Source of the DNA: a virus
Taxonomy: Duplodnaviria > Heunggongvirae > Uroviricota > Caudoviricetes
Length of the DNA: 64,000 nucleotides
Reading direction: 5' to 3' (one strand)
IMG/VR virus record: IMGVR_UViG_3300042360_000330
This document shows positions 36,979 to 46,893 of the stretch, one piece after another. The first letter of the stretch is position 1. Each line of letters starts with the position of its first letter. The notes under the pieces were generated by a model. That model was given only the letters and a program-made list of their open reading frames with translations, was not told where the DNA came from and searched no databases. The position numbers and the translations under genes are program-made.

Positions 36979-37590
36979 ATGGAAGACTTTTTTGAAGATT
37001 TAAAAAACCAACCAAGACCAAACTTCTTTAAAAGAATATGGCTATGGTGGCATCATGATGGTAAATACTTACATAAAGAAATTAAATGGGGTATTCAAAA
37101 TCTTATCTACTGGTTTCCAATTATATGGAAAGATAGAAATTGGGATGGGCATTACATTTATGAAATAATGAAACATAAATTAAAAGCTCAAGCCAACTAT
37201 ATCGGTATTAACGACAGACATACAAGAGCACAGCTTGATGCTAAGAGAATGGGACTATGTGTTTCTTTAATTGAAAAAGTACAAGATGGTTTCTACCAGA
37301 TGGAGTATATGGACTATCATAAAGACAGAGTATGGTTTACACCTTGTGAAGACAGACCAGACCTACACCAATACAACTCAGAAGAAGTATGGGAAAAATA
37401 TGATGAGTACTTCAAAAAATATCCTTTAGTCTATAAAAGAGTTTTAAAAGGAGAAGGATCTATTGATAGAAAGGGTCGTGAAGAAGACAAACATATTATT
37501 GCTATGAATATCGCGTATCTTAATCACGACAGAGCAAGAAAGTTGTTATTTAAAATAATGGAAGAAAATATTGAGGGTTGGTGGGATTAA
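36979..37590 (+). CDS. hypothetical protein
   Basis: 203 aa ORF. Confidence 0.5.
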   Translation: MEDFFEDLKNQPRPNFFKRIWLWWHHDGKYLHKEIKWGIQNLIYWFPIIWKDRNWDGHYIYEIMKHKLKAQANYIGINDRHTRAQLDAKRMGLCVSLIEKVQDGFYQMEYMDYHKDRVWFTPCEDRPDLHQYNSEEVWEKYDEYFKKYPLVYKRVLKGEGSIDRKGREEDKHIIAMNIAYLNHDRARKLLFKIMEENIEGWWD

Positions 37591-38063
37591 TTAAATACAT
37601 ACTTTTACTATTTACTGTACTTAGTTTCAGTCAGGAACATATCTTAATAGGTGATTCACAAACATACCTATTAGCCCAACATTCAACTAAGATTAAGCGA
37701 GTACCTCAACTATCTCAATCAGGTATAGGCGTGTTGCGACTAACAAGTAAAGTGCGTTTATATCCAGTTTCTCCGAATGTTAACAGCGTATCTGTGTGTA
37801 TAGGAGTAAACGATGCTTACAAAGATAGAGGAGTACAACAATTATTTATTAGACTTAAAAACACTTTCCCAAATGCTCACTTTTATATTATACAAGGTTC
37901 ATGGGGTTGGGGTAAGGTAAGAAGAATGAATCAAAGTAATTTAGACAAGTATTACAAGCATTTTCCAGGAACAATCATACATCCGGCAATTGGGAAAGGA
38001 GACCCACATAGAGATAAAAAAGTTTATAGAACTATAATGAAAAATTTGGAAAGTCAAATATAA
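37578..38063 (+). CDS. secreted SGNH/GDSL-like hydrolase (putative)
   Basis: 161 aa; N-terminal signal-like hydrophobic stretch, ILIGDSQT block resembling SGNH block I. Confidence 0.4.
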   Translation: MVGLIKYILLLFTVLSFSQEHILIGDSQTYLLAQHSTKIKRVPQLSQSGIGVLRLTSKVRLYPVSPNVNSVSVCIGVNDAYKDRGVQQLFIRLKNTFPNAHFYIIQGSWGWGKVRRMNQSNLDKYYKHFPGTIIHPAIGKGDPHRDKKVYRTIMKNLESQI

Positions 38064-38099
38064 TTTCGTATATTTAAACATAATTTAAAAATAAAAGTC

Positions 38100-38528
38100 A
38101 TGAATGTATCTCAAGCATTAAAAAAGAAAAACAAATTAGCTATTGAATTAAAAAAGCAATACGCTATTGCTCAAAAGTTTAATTCACAAGAAGCAGGTAA
38201 CCCAAGACGTTATTCAGTACAAGCAGCTTTAGATAAAGCAGCTGGGATCACTGATGAATTAATTGAATTAAAAACTAAAATTCACTTAGCAAACGCACCC
38301 GTATATTCTAAAATATTCCGTATGGCGGAATTAAAAGGTAGAATTAAGGAATTGAAAAAAATATCTACAGATGAAGGTAAACACGAAGGTAGATATGGTT
38401 CACCAGCGTCAGAAAAAGAAGTTGAAATCAATATCGCTCAAGTGGATGTATTTGTAGAAATGCTTGAAGCTCAAATTGAAGAAATCCAATCAGAATTAGA
38501 CGTACATAACGCTACGAATACAATATAA
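38100..38528 (+). CDS. hypothetical protein
   Basis: 142 aa ORF. Confidence 0.5.
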   Translation: MNVSQALKKKNKLAIELKKQYAIAQKFNSQEAGNPRRYSVQAALDKAAGITDELIELKTKIHLANAPVYSKIFRMAELKGRIKELKKISTDEGKHEGRYGSPASEKEVEINIAQVDVFVEMLEAQIEEIQSELDVHNATNTI

Positions 38529-38751
38529 TTTGGGGATACGGGAGTAATGATAAGATGATACTCGATGATTCTTTACAACGTGACTAAGGCCAATTAGGGT
38601 GATAAGTGATAATGAATAAGATATCTCAACCATCAACATCTCAACACATCAACAATCGCGCACTTTCAATAAATTCAACATTCTTTGAAACCGGGATCTA
38701 GAATATTGTTTTGGATTTACTTCCCCTCATTTTAACTTAAAAACAAAGGTT

Positions 38752-38958
38752 ATGAAACATTTAATAATATTACTAGTAATTCTAACACTAACATCATGTT
38801 CAGTGGAACAAAGAATTAAAGAACATTCCTATACTTCGGAATGGTATACTCAACGAGGAGTAAGATATCAGGTCTATAAAACAAGAACTGGAAGACACTA
38901 TATCATTATTATAAATAAAAATCAAACAAAGCTAAAAAGAAAATACATTACATTATGA
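38752..38958 (+). CDS. small lipoprotein
   Basis: 68 aa; lipobox LTLTSC after hydrophobic N-terminus. Confidence 0.5.
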   Translation: MKHLIILLVILTLTSCSVEQRIKEHSYTSEWYTQRGVRYQVYKTRTGRHYIIIINKNQTKLKRKYITL

Positions 38959-39197
38959 CAGAATTACAGAAATGGCAAGCAGTCAATCAATGTGAAACTC
39001 AGGCACAACTAGCAGATCTAATTGCTAAATTTGCGGATGAAGATGGAATGATTCAAGGTAGAGAAAGAAAATTTGATGCAAGTAAAATGATTATAGGGTT
39101 AAGTTACTTTATGGTTGATGAAATGCCTGCAAACGTTCTTACAAGAGAATACAGCATCAGACAGCAAGCAATTTATTTAAAAATCTTTAACAAATAG
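38955..39197 (+). CDS. hypothetical protein
   Basis: 80 aa ORF. Confidence 0.45.
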   Translation: MTELQKWQAVNQCETQAQLADLIAKFADEDGMIQGRERKFDASKMIIGLSYFMVDEMPANVLTREYSIRQQAIYLKIFNK

Positions 39198-39199
39198 TT

Positions 39200-39430
39200 A
39201 TGATTTGGATTTTATTATTATACGTTTTACCATTTTTCCTAAGCAGTGTAATAGGCTATTACGTTGCTAAAAAAGATGGAAGCTCTACCAAAGGAGAGTA
39301 CGTAGTGGGTGTATTACTAATGTTAATACCAATACTTAATATAGTAGTAATAGGAATGTTTATCCATGAATTAGCACCAAAGTTGAAAATATTTCAAGAT
39401 ATTAAAGAATATTTAAAACAACCATTATGA
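39200..39430 (+). CDS. small membrane protein (paralog A)
   Basis: 76 aa; two predicted TM helices; N-terminus MIWILLLYVLPF identical to next gene. Confidence 0.5.
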   Translation: MIWILLLYVLPFFLSSVIGYYVAKKDGSSTKGEYVVGVLLMLIPILNIVVIGMFIHELAPKLKIFQDIKEYLKQPL

Positions 39431-39645
39431 TTTGGATTTTATTATTGTACGTTTTACCATTTATAATATGTTGTGTATTAGGTTATTACATGAGTAAAAC
39501 TAATGGAGAAACAATGAAAGATTATTTAAACGGTGTTTTATTTTGTTTAATACCTGTTTTTAATTTTCTCTTTATAGTAATGATAGTAGGTGAGAATATT
39601 AGATCAAATAAATCAATACAAGATTTTTTAAATAAAAAATTATGA
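39427..39645 (+). CDS. small membrane protein (paralog B, tandem duplicate)
   Basis: 72 aa; same N-terminal 12 residues and DNA as 39200 gene. Confidence 0.5.
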   Translation: MIWILLLYVLPFIICCVLGYYMSKTNGETMKDYLNGVLFCLIPVFNFLFIVMIVGENIRSNKSIQDFLNKKL

Positions 39646-40343
39646 GAATAACATTCATATCAGATACACATACACGACAAGGACAAATACCATATTCAGA
39701 TTTACCTGGTGGTGATTTATTAATCCATGCTGGCGATATTATGAATTCAGGATACAATAAAAATGATATTATTGATTTCCTGTACTGGTATGATTCAACC
39801 CCAGGTTATGACAAGAAAGTATTCATAGCGGGTAATCATGATAGAATGTTTGAGAATCATCCGGAAGATGTAAAGGAATGGCTATCTAAATTTCCAAATA
39901 TAATATATCTACAAGACGAGGCATATGAAATATATGACTTAGAAACAGATAAAAGTATTAAACTTTACGGATCACCTTGGCAACCATGGTTTTATGATTG
40001 GGCGTTTAATGTTGAGAGAAATAGTTTAAAATTATCAGGTAAGTGGGAAGGTATTCCTGACGACACAGACATATTAATCACACACGGTCCAGCTTGGGGT
40101 TCTGTTGATACAGTAGAAGGACGTCCTTGGGACAATTTAGGATGTGAGTTATTGGCAGAAAGAATCATGAGATTCAGACCAAAGATCCATGTATGTGGGC
40201 ATATTCATTCAGGATATGGAATTGAAACCATAGACAACATTCATTACATAAACGCATCAGTATTAGACGAAAGATACGAATACACTCAGAAACCATGGAA
40301 TATAGAATGGGATCCTGAAACAAATGAAATGATTATAAAATAA
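39642..40343 (+). CDS. calcineurin-like metallophosphoesterase
   Basis: 233 aa; ITFISDTHTRQG, HAGDIMNSG, IAGNHD, GHIHSG. Confidence 0.7.
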   Translation: MRITFISDTHTRQGQIPYSDLPGGDLLIHAGDIMNSGYNKNDIIDFLYWYDSTPGYDKKVFIAGNHDRMFENHPEDVKEWLSKFPNIIYLQDEAYEIYDLETDKSIKLYGSPWQPWFYDWAFNVERNSLKLSGKWEGIPDDTDILITHGPAWGSVDTVEGRPWDNLGCELLAERIMRFRPKIHVCGHIHSGYGIETIDNIHYINASVLDERYEYTQKPWNIEWDPETNEMIIK

Positions 40344-40349
40344 TTGATA

Positions 40350-40373
40350 AAAGGCTTGTTTATACGAGCCTTC
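40350..40373 (+). terminator. terminator hairpin AAGGCTTGT-ttat-ACGAGCCTT
   Basis: Third copy of the AAAGGCTTG...GAGCCTT hairpin family. Confidence 0.55.
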
Positions 40374-40374
40374 A

Positions 40375-40403
40375 TTCGTAATTTTATAGCATAATTTAAA
40401 ACA
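40375..40403 (+). promoter_or_regulatory. conserved promoter box TTCGTAATTTTATAGCATAATTTAAAACA
   Basis: Near-identical 29-mer recurs at 45572, 47770, 49782, 51433, 55061, 56684, 57103; always 10-20 nt upstream of an ATG. Confidence 0.5.
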
Positions 40404-40411
40404 CAAAGGTT

Positions 40412-40786
40412 ATGTTTAGAAGAACCAGAATTAAAATAGCTAAAAAATTTAGACACAAATTAACTCAGGATGACTTAAGAGGTTATAGAAACATTCTAAA
40501 GTTACTATACCACCCTAAAGCAGAAACACCATTAAAAGACCCTGATGTAGCTAAATTCTATATTCAAGTACCATGCTTACATCTTGATCTGATCATTGAT
40601 ACAGAAAAAGCAGAAATTGTAAACACAAAACAAATCTATCCTCTAAACCTTAATACTAAAGTAACAGAGAGAGCTGTTAAAAAAATTAGAGAAGAAGTAT
40701 CAAAACAAAGAGGAGATCTTGAAGATAAGATCAGAGGAAAAAAAGATACAATTTTAGATAAACTTTATAATCAAATTAAATGGTAA
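40412..40786 (+). CDS. hypothetical protein
   Basis: 124 aa ORF. Confidence 0.5.
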   Translation: MFRRTRIKIAKKFRHKLTQDDLRGYRNILKLLYHPKAETPLKDPDVAKFYIQVPCLHLDLIIDTEKAEIVNTKQIYPLNLNTKVTERAVKKIREEVSKQRGDLEDKIRGKKDTILDKLYNQIKW

Positions 40787-40998
40787 AAAGATTAGTAACC
40801 GTAACGGTGAATGGAAATGAAATTGCACTTGTAAAAGATAGAGAAAATTATTACATTTATTGGGGAGAACAAGGAAAACCTAAAGCATCAAAGAAAATAA
40901 CAACACCAACAGGTAAAATACCGTCACAAAATTCAGCACATAAACAATTCCTAGAAGCAGTAGAAGCAACTAAAACCTTAAAATTCAGTAGATTATAA
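40780..40998 (+). CDS. hypothetical protein
   Basis: 72 aa ORF. Confidence 0.4.
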   Translation: MVKRLVTVTVNGNEIALVKDRENYYIYWGEQGKPKASKKITTPTGKIPSQNSAHKQFLEAVEATKTLKFSRL

Positions 40999-41222
40999 TG
41001 GCAGCAGAAAGTAACACACCAGTAGATATTGAAATCTGGATTGAGAAAGTAATCAATTCATGTGAGACATTAACACATCGTATTAAGGCTAGAAACTTAG
41101 TTAAATTGTATATTAAGAGATTAAGAGAAGAAGGAATGCCTTCCTATCAAATTAAGCATATTAATGATAACTTTGAATTTAAGTTATGGCATTTAAAAGA
41201 GGAGATAAAAAATAAAAAGTAA
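40998..41222 (+). CDS. hypothetical protein
   Basis: 74 aa ORF. Confidence 0.4.
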   Translation: MAAESNTPVDIEIWIEKVINSCETLTHRIKARNLVKLYIKRLREEGMPSYQIKHINDNFEFKLWHLKEEIKNKK

Positions 41223-41416
41223 TGGCAGGACTATTTGATATGCTTGATCACGGCATTGCCGCAGAATTAGGAGTTGATGTAGAAACATACATCAAAATAA
41301 TTGATCATAAATGTACTGAAGAAGAAGCTAATTTTATTATTCTGACTATAATGGAAGAGGATCAAGGTAATTTAGAGAAAGCAAAAGAAACGTTTAATAA
41401 GTATTTGAATGAATAG
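41222..41416 (+). CDS. hypothetical protein
   Basis: 64 aa ORF. Confidence 0.4.
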   Translation: MAGLFDMLDHGIAAELGVDVETYIKIIDHKCTEEEANFIILTIMEEDQGNLEKAKETFNKYLNE

Positions 41417-42461
41417 TTTAGATAAACAATACATCGATCTTTTAAAAACAATACTAGAACATGGTGTTGATAAGAAAGATAGAACAGGTACAGGAACAAA
41501 ATCAATCTTCGGTTATACTATCAGACATAACATGAAGGATGGTTTTCCTTTACTTACAACTAAGAAAATGCCATTCAAAACAATTGTAACTGAACTGTTA
41601 TGGTTTTTACAAGGCAATACTAACATAAAGTACTTAGTTGATAATAGTTGTCACATCTGGGATGGTGATGCTTTTAAGAACTATGTAAACACATACAAAG
41701 GAAACTTTCCAATGGGTATGGAAGAGTTTATTGAAACTATTAAAACAAATGATGAGTTTGCTGAAAGGTGGGGTAAGTTAGGTCCAATCTATGGTAAGCA
41801 ATGGAGAGATTGGGGAAGTAAAAAAGAATATGGCCAAGGTGAAAGTATAATGTATGGAGGTCAAGATCAAATCCAAAATCTAATCAACGACCTCAAAACA
41901 AATCCAGACTCAAGACGAATGATGGTTAATGCTTGGAATGTTGGAGAATTAGACCAAATGGTTCTTCCACCTTGTCATTATGGATTTCAAGTTTATACAA
42001 GAGAGTTGAGTCACGAAGAAAGGTATAATGAATATAATATTAAATTTAAAGATAGATGTACTGCAGATTGTTACACTAAAGAAGATTTTGACAGTAAAGG
42101 AATACCAACGAGAGCAATCTCTTTAATGTGGAATCAACGTTCAGTAGATACATTCTTAGGTTTACCATTCAACATTGCTTCTTATGGATTATTATTGATG
42201 ATGTTAGCAGATGAAGTAAATATGGTTCCTGACCAATTGATTGGTAATTTAGGAGATGTTCATTTGTATTCAAATCATATTGAACAAGCAAAACAACAAA
42301 TAGAAAGAGAGCCAATGAAACTTCCAACATTCGATTGTCCTGCTATGAATGAAATTCCTCATACAACATTTGATGAACTGGTATTTAGATTACAACCATG
42401 TGATTTTTACATGGATGACTACGAATCACATCCAACAATTAAAGCACCTTTAAGCAACTAA
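41409..42461 (+). CDS. thyA: thymidylate synthase (ThyA type) with insertions
   Basis: 350 aa; DRTGTGT, FPLLTTKK, TELLWFL, active-site Cys context MVLPPCHYGFQ, C-terminal ...HPTIKAPLS. Confidence 0.85.
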   Translation: MNSLDKQYIDLLKTILEHGVDKKDRTGTGTKSIFGYTIRHNMKDGFPLLTTKKMPFKTIVTELLWFLQGNTNIKYLVDNSCHIWDGDAFKNYVNTYKGNFPMGMEEFIETIKTNDEFAERWGKLGPIYGKQWRDWGSKKEYGQGESIMYGGQDQIQNLINDLKTNPDSRRMMVNAWNVGELDQMVLPPCHYGFQVYTRELSHEERYNEYNIKFKDRCTADCYTKEDFDSKGIPTRAISLMWNQRSVDTFLGLPFNIASYGLLLMMLADEVNMVPDQLIGNLGDVHLYSNHIEQAKQQIEREPMKLPTFDCPAMNEIPHTTFDELVFRLQPCDFYMDDYESHPTIKAPLSN

Positions 42462-42463
42462 AT

Positions 42464-42802
42464 ATGAAATTTTTAATAGGTTTTAGTTTTGGGGTATTAG
42501 CCCAAATACTTACATTCGTCCAATTACAAGGACAATTCAGATGGGAATGGTTTAAACAACATCCATGGACGGTTTCATTAATGGGTGTTCCATTATCATT
42601 CCTGTATATTATGTCTGTTAAATACTTAGTTGATTATTTTGGAGGTGAATTATGGCCATCAAGATTGATGGGATTTTCTATAGGAGCTATGGTGTTTAGT
42701 TTTATGGCTTATTCTTGGTTTAATGAACCATTTACACTTAAAACAGGTGTAAGTTTATTCTTAGCGTTTTGTATAATGATGATTCAATTATTTTGGAAAT
42801 AG
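42464..42802 (+). CDS. small membrane protein
   Basis: 112 aa; 3-4 hydrophobic segments. Confidence 0.5.
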   Translation: MKFLIGFSFGVLAQILTFVQLQGQFRWEWFKQHPWTVSLMGVPLSFLYIMSVKYLVDYFGGELWPSRLMGFSIGAMVFSFMAYSWFNEPFTLKTGVSLFLAFCIMMIQLFWK

Positions 42803-42803
42803 T

Positions 42804-43106
42804 ATGGAAAGTAAATTAGAAACATGCCATCACTGCGGTGAACAGAAAGAAAATTGCTATCATGGATTTATAGCAATGACAATGCCACATCCTGACTGGG
42901 AAGCAAAACTTGAAAAATGGGGTAGAAAAGATTGGTGGAAAAATTTAGAACGAACAGATCTAACACCAGAACAAATGGAAGAACTAGATCATATCTGCTC
43001 TTATGATCAAGCACTAAACACAGTTGGACGAGGTGTTCAATGTGATGACTGTGGAAGGAAAGAAGCTGAATTATATGAGAAATATTATCCAAGAGTTGAA
43101 GAATAG
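42804..43106 (+). CDS. Cys/His-rich zinc-binding protein
   Basis: 100 aa; CHHCGE...CYHG and CDDCGRKE. Confidence 0.45.
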   Translation: MESKLETCHHCGEQKENCYHGFIAMTMPHPDWEAKLEKWGRKDWWKNLERTDLTPEQMEELDHICSYDQALNTVGRGVQCDDCGRKEAELYEKYYPRVEE

Positions 43107-43391
43107 ATTTATTCATTGTAATTTTACAAAAGATTTAAAGCATATAGTATGAAACGAGATTATACAAAAGCAATTGTTTGGATAGGATTAGCTTTAATCA
43201 CAATTGCTATATGGACAACAATTTACAATTTAATATTTTAGGATTATGTCGAAGGAAAAAACAACTACAAAGAAACAAAGCAAACCATTTTGGGAATTAG
43301 GATTAAACCCAATCACAATGTGGGAACCAATTAAAGATAATTACCTTGAAATCCAGAAAAAAACTAAAAAATACGTTAAATCAGAAGAATA

Positions 43392-43592
43392 ATGAATGAT
43401 ACAGTAAAAGACTTATTTGATTTAAAAAATAGACAAATAAGTGAGCTTCAAGAAAAATTATCAATAGCTCAAAACAGAATAACACAGTTAGAGACTTATA
43501 TATTCGAGTTATGTGATAAGGATTGTCCTAAAGAATATAAACACGTAGTTAAACAAGAAGTATTTCAACATTTAAAACAATACAATGGATAG
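43392..43592 (+). CDS. hypothetical protein
   Basis: 66 aa coiled-coil-like ORF. Confidence 0.4.
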   Translation: MNDTVKDLFDLKNRQISELQEKLSIAQNRITQLETYIFELCDKDCPKEYKHVVKQEVFQHLKQYNG

Positions 43593-43797
43593 TATAGTAA
43601 GAAGCGTTATTGATAAATTTATTCAAAGAGCTGAATTTGGAAAACAAAAGTATGGAACTGATTTAGATCGTACTGATTTAGATTTAGAAGATTATTTACA
43701 ACATGCATTGGAAGAACATATGGATGCTATCTTGTATTTGACTAAAGCATTAAAATTAGAAAGAGAAAGAAAAGAGCGAGAAAAGCTTGGTGAATAG
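43585..43797 (+). CDS. hypothetical protein
   Basis: 70 aa ORF. Confidence 0.4.
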   Translation: MDSIVRSVIDKFIQRAEFGKQKYGTDLDRTDLDLEDYLQHALEEHMDAILYLTKALKLERERKEREKLGE

Positions 43798-43842
43798 ATT
43801 CTCTCATCGTAATTTTACAAAAGATTTAAAAAAATAAAGGTT

Positions 43843-44634
43843 ATGCCAATTACAAACGAAAGAAACCCGATGACATTAGCGCAGTTAAATGCCGTATGTC
43901 CAAGTGCATTTACAAGAGTAGCTGCACCTAATGTATCAACTAATTATACTCATATCCCAACATCACAAGTGATTGAGGATATGATTGAATTAGGATGGAC
44001 ACCAGTAAGTGCTCAAGAAGTAAAATCAAGAAAATTAGTAGGTTTTCAAAAACACATCATCAGATTTCAAAATCAAAACATTACGATTACTGGAACTAAT
44101 AATGATAATGTATTTCCTGAGTTATTATTAACTAATTCACACGATGGTAAAAATGCATTCCATTTAAGAGTTGGATTGTATAGAACTGTATGTTCTAATG
44201 GTCTAGTAGTTGCTGATGCTGAATTTAGCAATGTTTCAATTCGTCATATGGGTTATACATTTGAAGAATTACGTACAAAAGTTGTAAATTTAATTGAAAC
44301 TTTACCAAATTTAGTAAATAAAATCAACCAATTCAGAGATATATCATTATCAGATGAACAAATGATTGAATTTGCAACACAAGCAGCAATGGCTAGATGG
44401 AACAATTCAGATATTACTGTTAATCCAAATGAATTATTAGTAGCAGAACGTAATTTAGATATGGGTAATGATTTATGGGCTGTGTTTAATAGAGTTCAAG
44501 AAAAATTAGTAAATGGTGGGTTCAATTACAATAACGGTAGAAAAACACGTAAGGTAAGAGCATTAAAGAATTTTACAGCTGACATGCAATTTAATGGGAA
44601 ATTGTGGGAATTAGCAGAGAGTTATTTAAACTAG
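43843..44634 (+). CDS. hypothetical protein
   Basis: 263 aa ORF. Confidence 0.5.
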   Translation: MPITNERNPMTLAQLNAVCPSAFTRVAAPNVSTNYTHIPTSQVIEDMIELGWTPVSAQEVKSRKLVGFQKHIIRFQNQNITITGTNNDNVFPELLLTNSHDGKNAFHLRVGLYRTVCSNGLVVADAEFSNVSIRHMGYTFEELRTKVVNLIETLPNLVNKINQFRDISLSDEQMIEFATQAAMARWNNSDITVNPNELLVAERNLDMGNDLWAVFNRVQEKLVNGGFNYNNGRKTRKVRALKNFTADMQFNGKLWELAESYLN

Positions 44635-44661
44635 TATATTTATTTTAAAAATTTAGCAACT

Positions 44662-44922
44662 ATGAACATTTACGATCAATTAGCAGACATTCATTCACAA
44701 TTAACACATGATGAAATGTGGTTATCAATCATTGAAGAATACTTTGAAGAATTCGAAGTAGAAAACATGGATGAATTAATCGATAAAACATCAACACAAG
44801 AAAATGATGGTGTTGTGTATCGTCTTATTAGAGAAGGAGAAGATTTATTAGAATTAAAAGATGACGTCGATGATTACTTCTCAGATGATGATGACGATGA
44901 AGATTACAATTACAATTATTAA
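44662..44922 (+). CDS. acidic hypothetical protein
   Basis: 86 aa, poly-D/E C-terminus. Confidence 0.45.
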   Translation: MNIYDQLADIHSQLTHDEMWLSIIEEYFEEFEVENMDELIDKTSTQENDGVVYRLIREGEDLLELKDDVDDYFSDDDDDEDYNYNY

Positions 44923-44937
44923 TTAAAAACAAAGGTT

Positions 44938-45546
44938 ATGAAATTTACAAGAAAAGCTGCATTTAATTATGTACAGTTGAGAGGATTACAAAAGTATGTA
45001 AAAGACACTAAAGGATTTATAGCTGGAGGGTGCTTTAAAGATTTATTTCTAGGTAAGAAACTTCGAGACGTAGATGTATTCTTCCAAAACGAAGACGACT
45101 ACAACGAAGCAGTTCAAATCTATAATCATAAATGTAGTCGTAAAGATAGTAAAATAAAGAAAATTTACACTAACGACAATTGTACTGGGTATAGAAATTC
45201 TAAAACAGGACTTAACATTGAATTAATTAAATCGATATTTGGAACACCTGAAGAAATTATAACACAATTCGACTTTACAATTGTGCAAGCGGTATACTTC
45301 AATCCACAAACTGAGGAAGAAACACAATTCATATACCACCCAGACTTCTTCGAACACTTAACATTAAGACGATTAGTAGTTAATCCAGATATGCCTAAAG
45401 CAGTAGCTACTTTAAACAGAGCATTCAAATATGCTGGGTATGGATTTGGGTTATGTAGAGAAAGTAAGATAATATTGACACAAGCTGTTATTGAACGTGG
45501 TGTAGTTGAAGATATTAATGGTGATCTTTATTTCGGATTTGATTAA
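44938..45546 (+). CDS. polymerase-beta-superfamily nucleotidyltransferase (CCA/poly(A)-polymerase head-domain-like)
   Basis: 202 aa; FIAGGCFKDLFLGKKLRDVDVFF = GG..RD...DxD nucleotidyltransferase fold signature. Confidence 0.5.
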   Translation: MKFTRKAAFNYVQLRGLQKYVKDTKGFIAGGCFKDLFLGKKLRDVDVFFQNEDDYNEAVQIYNHKCSRKDSKIKKIYTNDNCTGYRNSKTGLNIELIKSIFGTPEEIITQFDFTIVQAVYFNPQTEEETQFIYHPDFFEHLTLRRLVVNPDMPKAVATLNRAFKYAGYGFGLCRESKIILTQAVIERGVVEDINGDLYFGFD

Positions 45547-45556
45547 AAATATTTGG

Positions 45557-45572
45557 AGGGGCAAAAGCCCCT
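45557..45572 (+). terminator. terminator hairpin AGGGGC-aaaa-GCCCCT
   Basis: 6-bp GC stem + TTCG; immediately followed by promoter box. Confidence 0.5.
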
Positions 45573-45607
45573 TCGTAATTTTATAGCATAATTAAAAATA
45601 ATAGGTT

Positions 45608-45904
45608 ATGAAACAGTTAGAAAAATTAGTAACACCATTAGTAATATTGTTTATATATTATTGGGCTTGTGAAGGTATGACTAAATTAATATGGAATAAA
45701 AAAGATAGTGAACAATTTAAGGGTATGGTTAAATTCTTAGGTTTATCTTTAATTTTAGGTTCTATATTGTACATATTTGGAACGTATGCTATGTTCGGTC
45801 CTGCACCTTCACATATGAAAATATGGTATCAATTATTCTTAGGATTTCATTTATTCTATTTAGGTTTTGGAAACTTATTAAATGTCATTTTAAAACGTAA
45901 CTAA
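45608..45904 (+). CDS. small membrane protein
   Basis: 98 aa; multiple TM segments. Confidence 0.5.
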   Translation: MKQLEKLVTPLVILFIYYWACEGMTKLIWNKKDSEQFKGMVKFLGLSLILGSILYIFGTYAMFGPAPSHMKIWYQLFLGFHLFYLGFGNLLNVILKRN

Positions 45905-46038
45905 CATATGTCACAAGATCTAAACAAAGAACAAATCCAAAAAGAAATTTTAGAATTAAAATTAAAAAAACCTCTTACATCTGAGGACAAAAAACGTATT
46001 CAAAAATTACAACAATTATTAGATAAAAAATAAAAGTT

Positions 46039-46227
46039 ATGGCAGATTCAAAGTCAAGCAGCAGTGGATTAGGATTAGGAACGGTATTGTTTCTAATATT
46101 CATGGTATTAAAATTAACAAACTACATTGACTGGTCATGGTGGTGGATAACTGCTCCATTATGGATTCCAATTATAATTTTAGGAGTTGTAGGGTTAATA
46201 GCAATATTTTATATAAAAAAGTTTTAA
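46039..46227 (+). CDS. small membrane protein
   Basis: 62 aa; TM helices. Confidence 0.45.
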   Translation: MADSKSSSSGLGLGTVLFLIFMVLKLTNYIDWSWWWITAPLWIPIIILGVVGLIAIFYIKKF

Positions 46228-46228
46228 A

Positions 46229-46459
46229 ATGAAAACAGTAATTAAAATTTTAGCAGGGTTAATACTAGCATTTGGGTTAATCCAATTAACCGATTTAGGT
46301 TTGTATTTAATGAATCGACCTGACAGTTACCTATTCAACTTAGGTATCATAGTATTAGCTATAGTGGGTGTTGCGTTTGCATTCTTAGGATTATATATGA
46401 TGAAAGTATTAAAACCTGAAGAAGTAAAAGAAGAAATTAAACAAGAAAAAGAAGAATAG
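46229..46459 (+). CDS. small membrane protein
   Basis: 76 aa; TM helices, charged C-terminus. Confidence 0.45.
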   Translation: MKTVIKILAGLILAFGLIQLTDLGLYLMNRPDSYLFNLGIIVLAIVGVAFAFLGLYMMKVLKPEEVKEEIKQEKEE

Positions 46460-46461
46460 TT

Positions 46462-46851
46462 ATGGTAGTGTTAATTATAATAGCAATTGTAGGTTTAGTA
46501 GTTTTAGGTATTATTGAAACCGTCACAACATGTGAATTAGGATCTCCAATCTCTGAAAAAGACATCTCAGATTATTTAGATAGAATTGAGAAAGAAAATC
46601 TTATAGAGGGAGTAACTAAAAGATGGAATGATAAGTTTGTTTTGAATGTAAGGGGGTATAGTCATAGACATACAAGTAATCCTAATATCTATCAAACCCA
46701 ATACTCACTATTATTCCCATACCACATCAGTGATGTAGGAGTGATTCCAGTATGGAGTAAATCTTATACAAGACTTAGAACTATATTTAAAGAGAATATC
46801 GAAAACTCTTCATATAAAACAGATAAAAGAAAAAAATTAGGACTAGATTAA
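46462..46851 (+). CDS. hypothetical protein with N-terminal TM segment
   Basis: 129 aa ORF. Confidence 0.45.
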   Translation: MVVLIIIAIVGLVVLGIIETVTTCELGSPISEKDISDYLDRIEKENLIEGVTKRWNDKFVLNVRGYSHRHTSNPNIYQTQYSLLFPYHISDVGVIPVWSKSYTRLRTIFKENIENSSYKTDKRKKLGLD

Positions 46852-46893
46852 AACAAAAACACTTAATTATAAATCAAATTTAAAAACCAAGTT

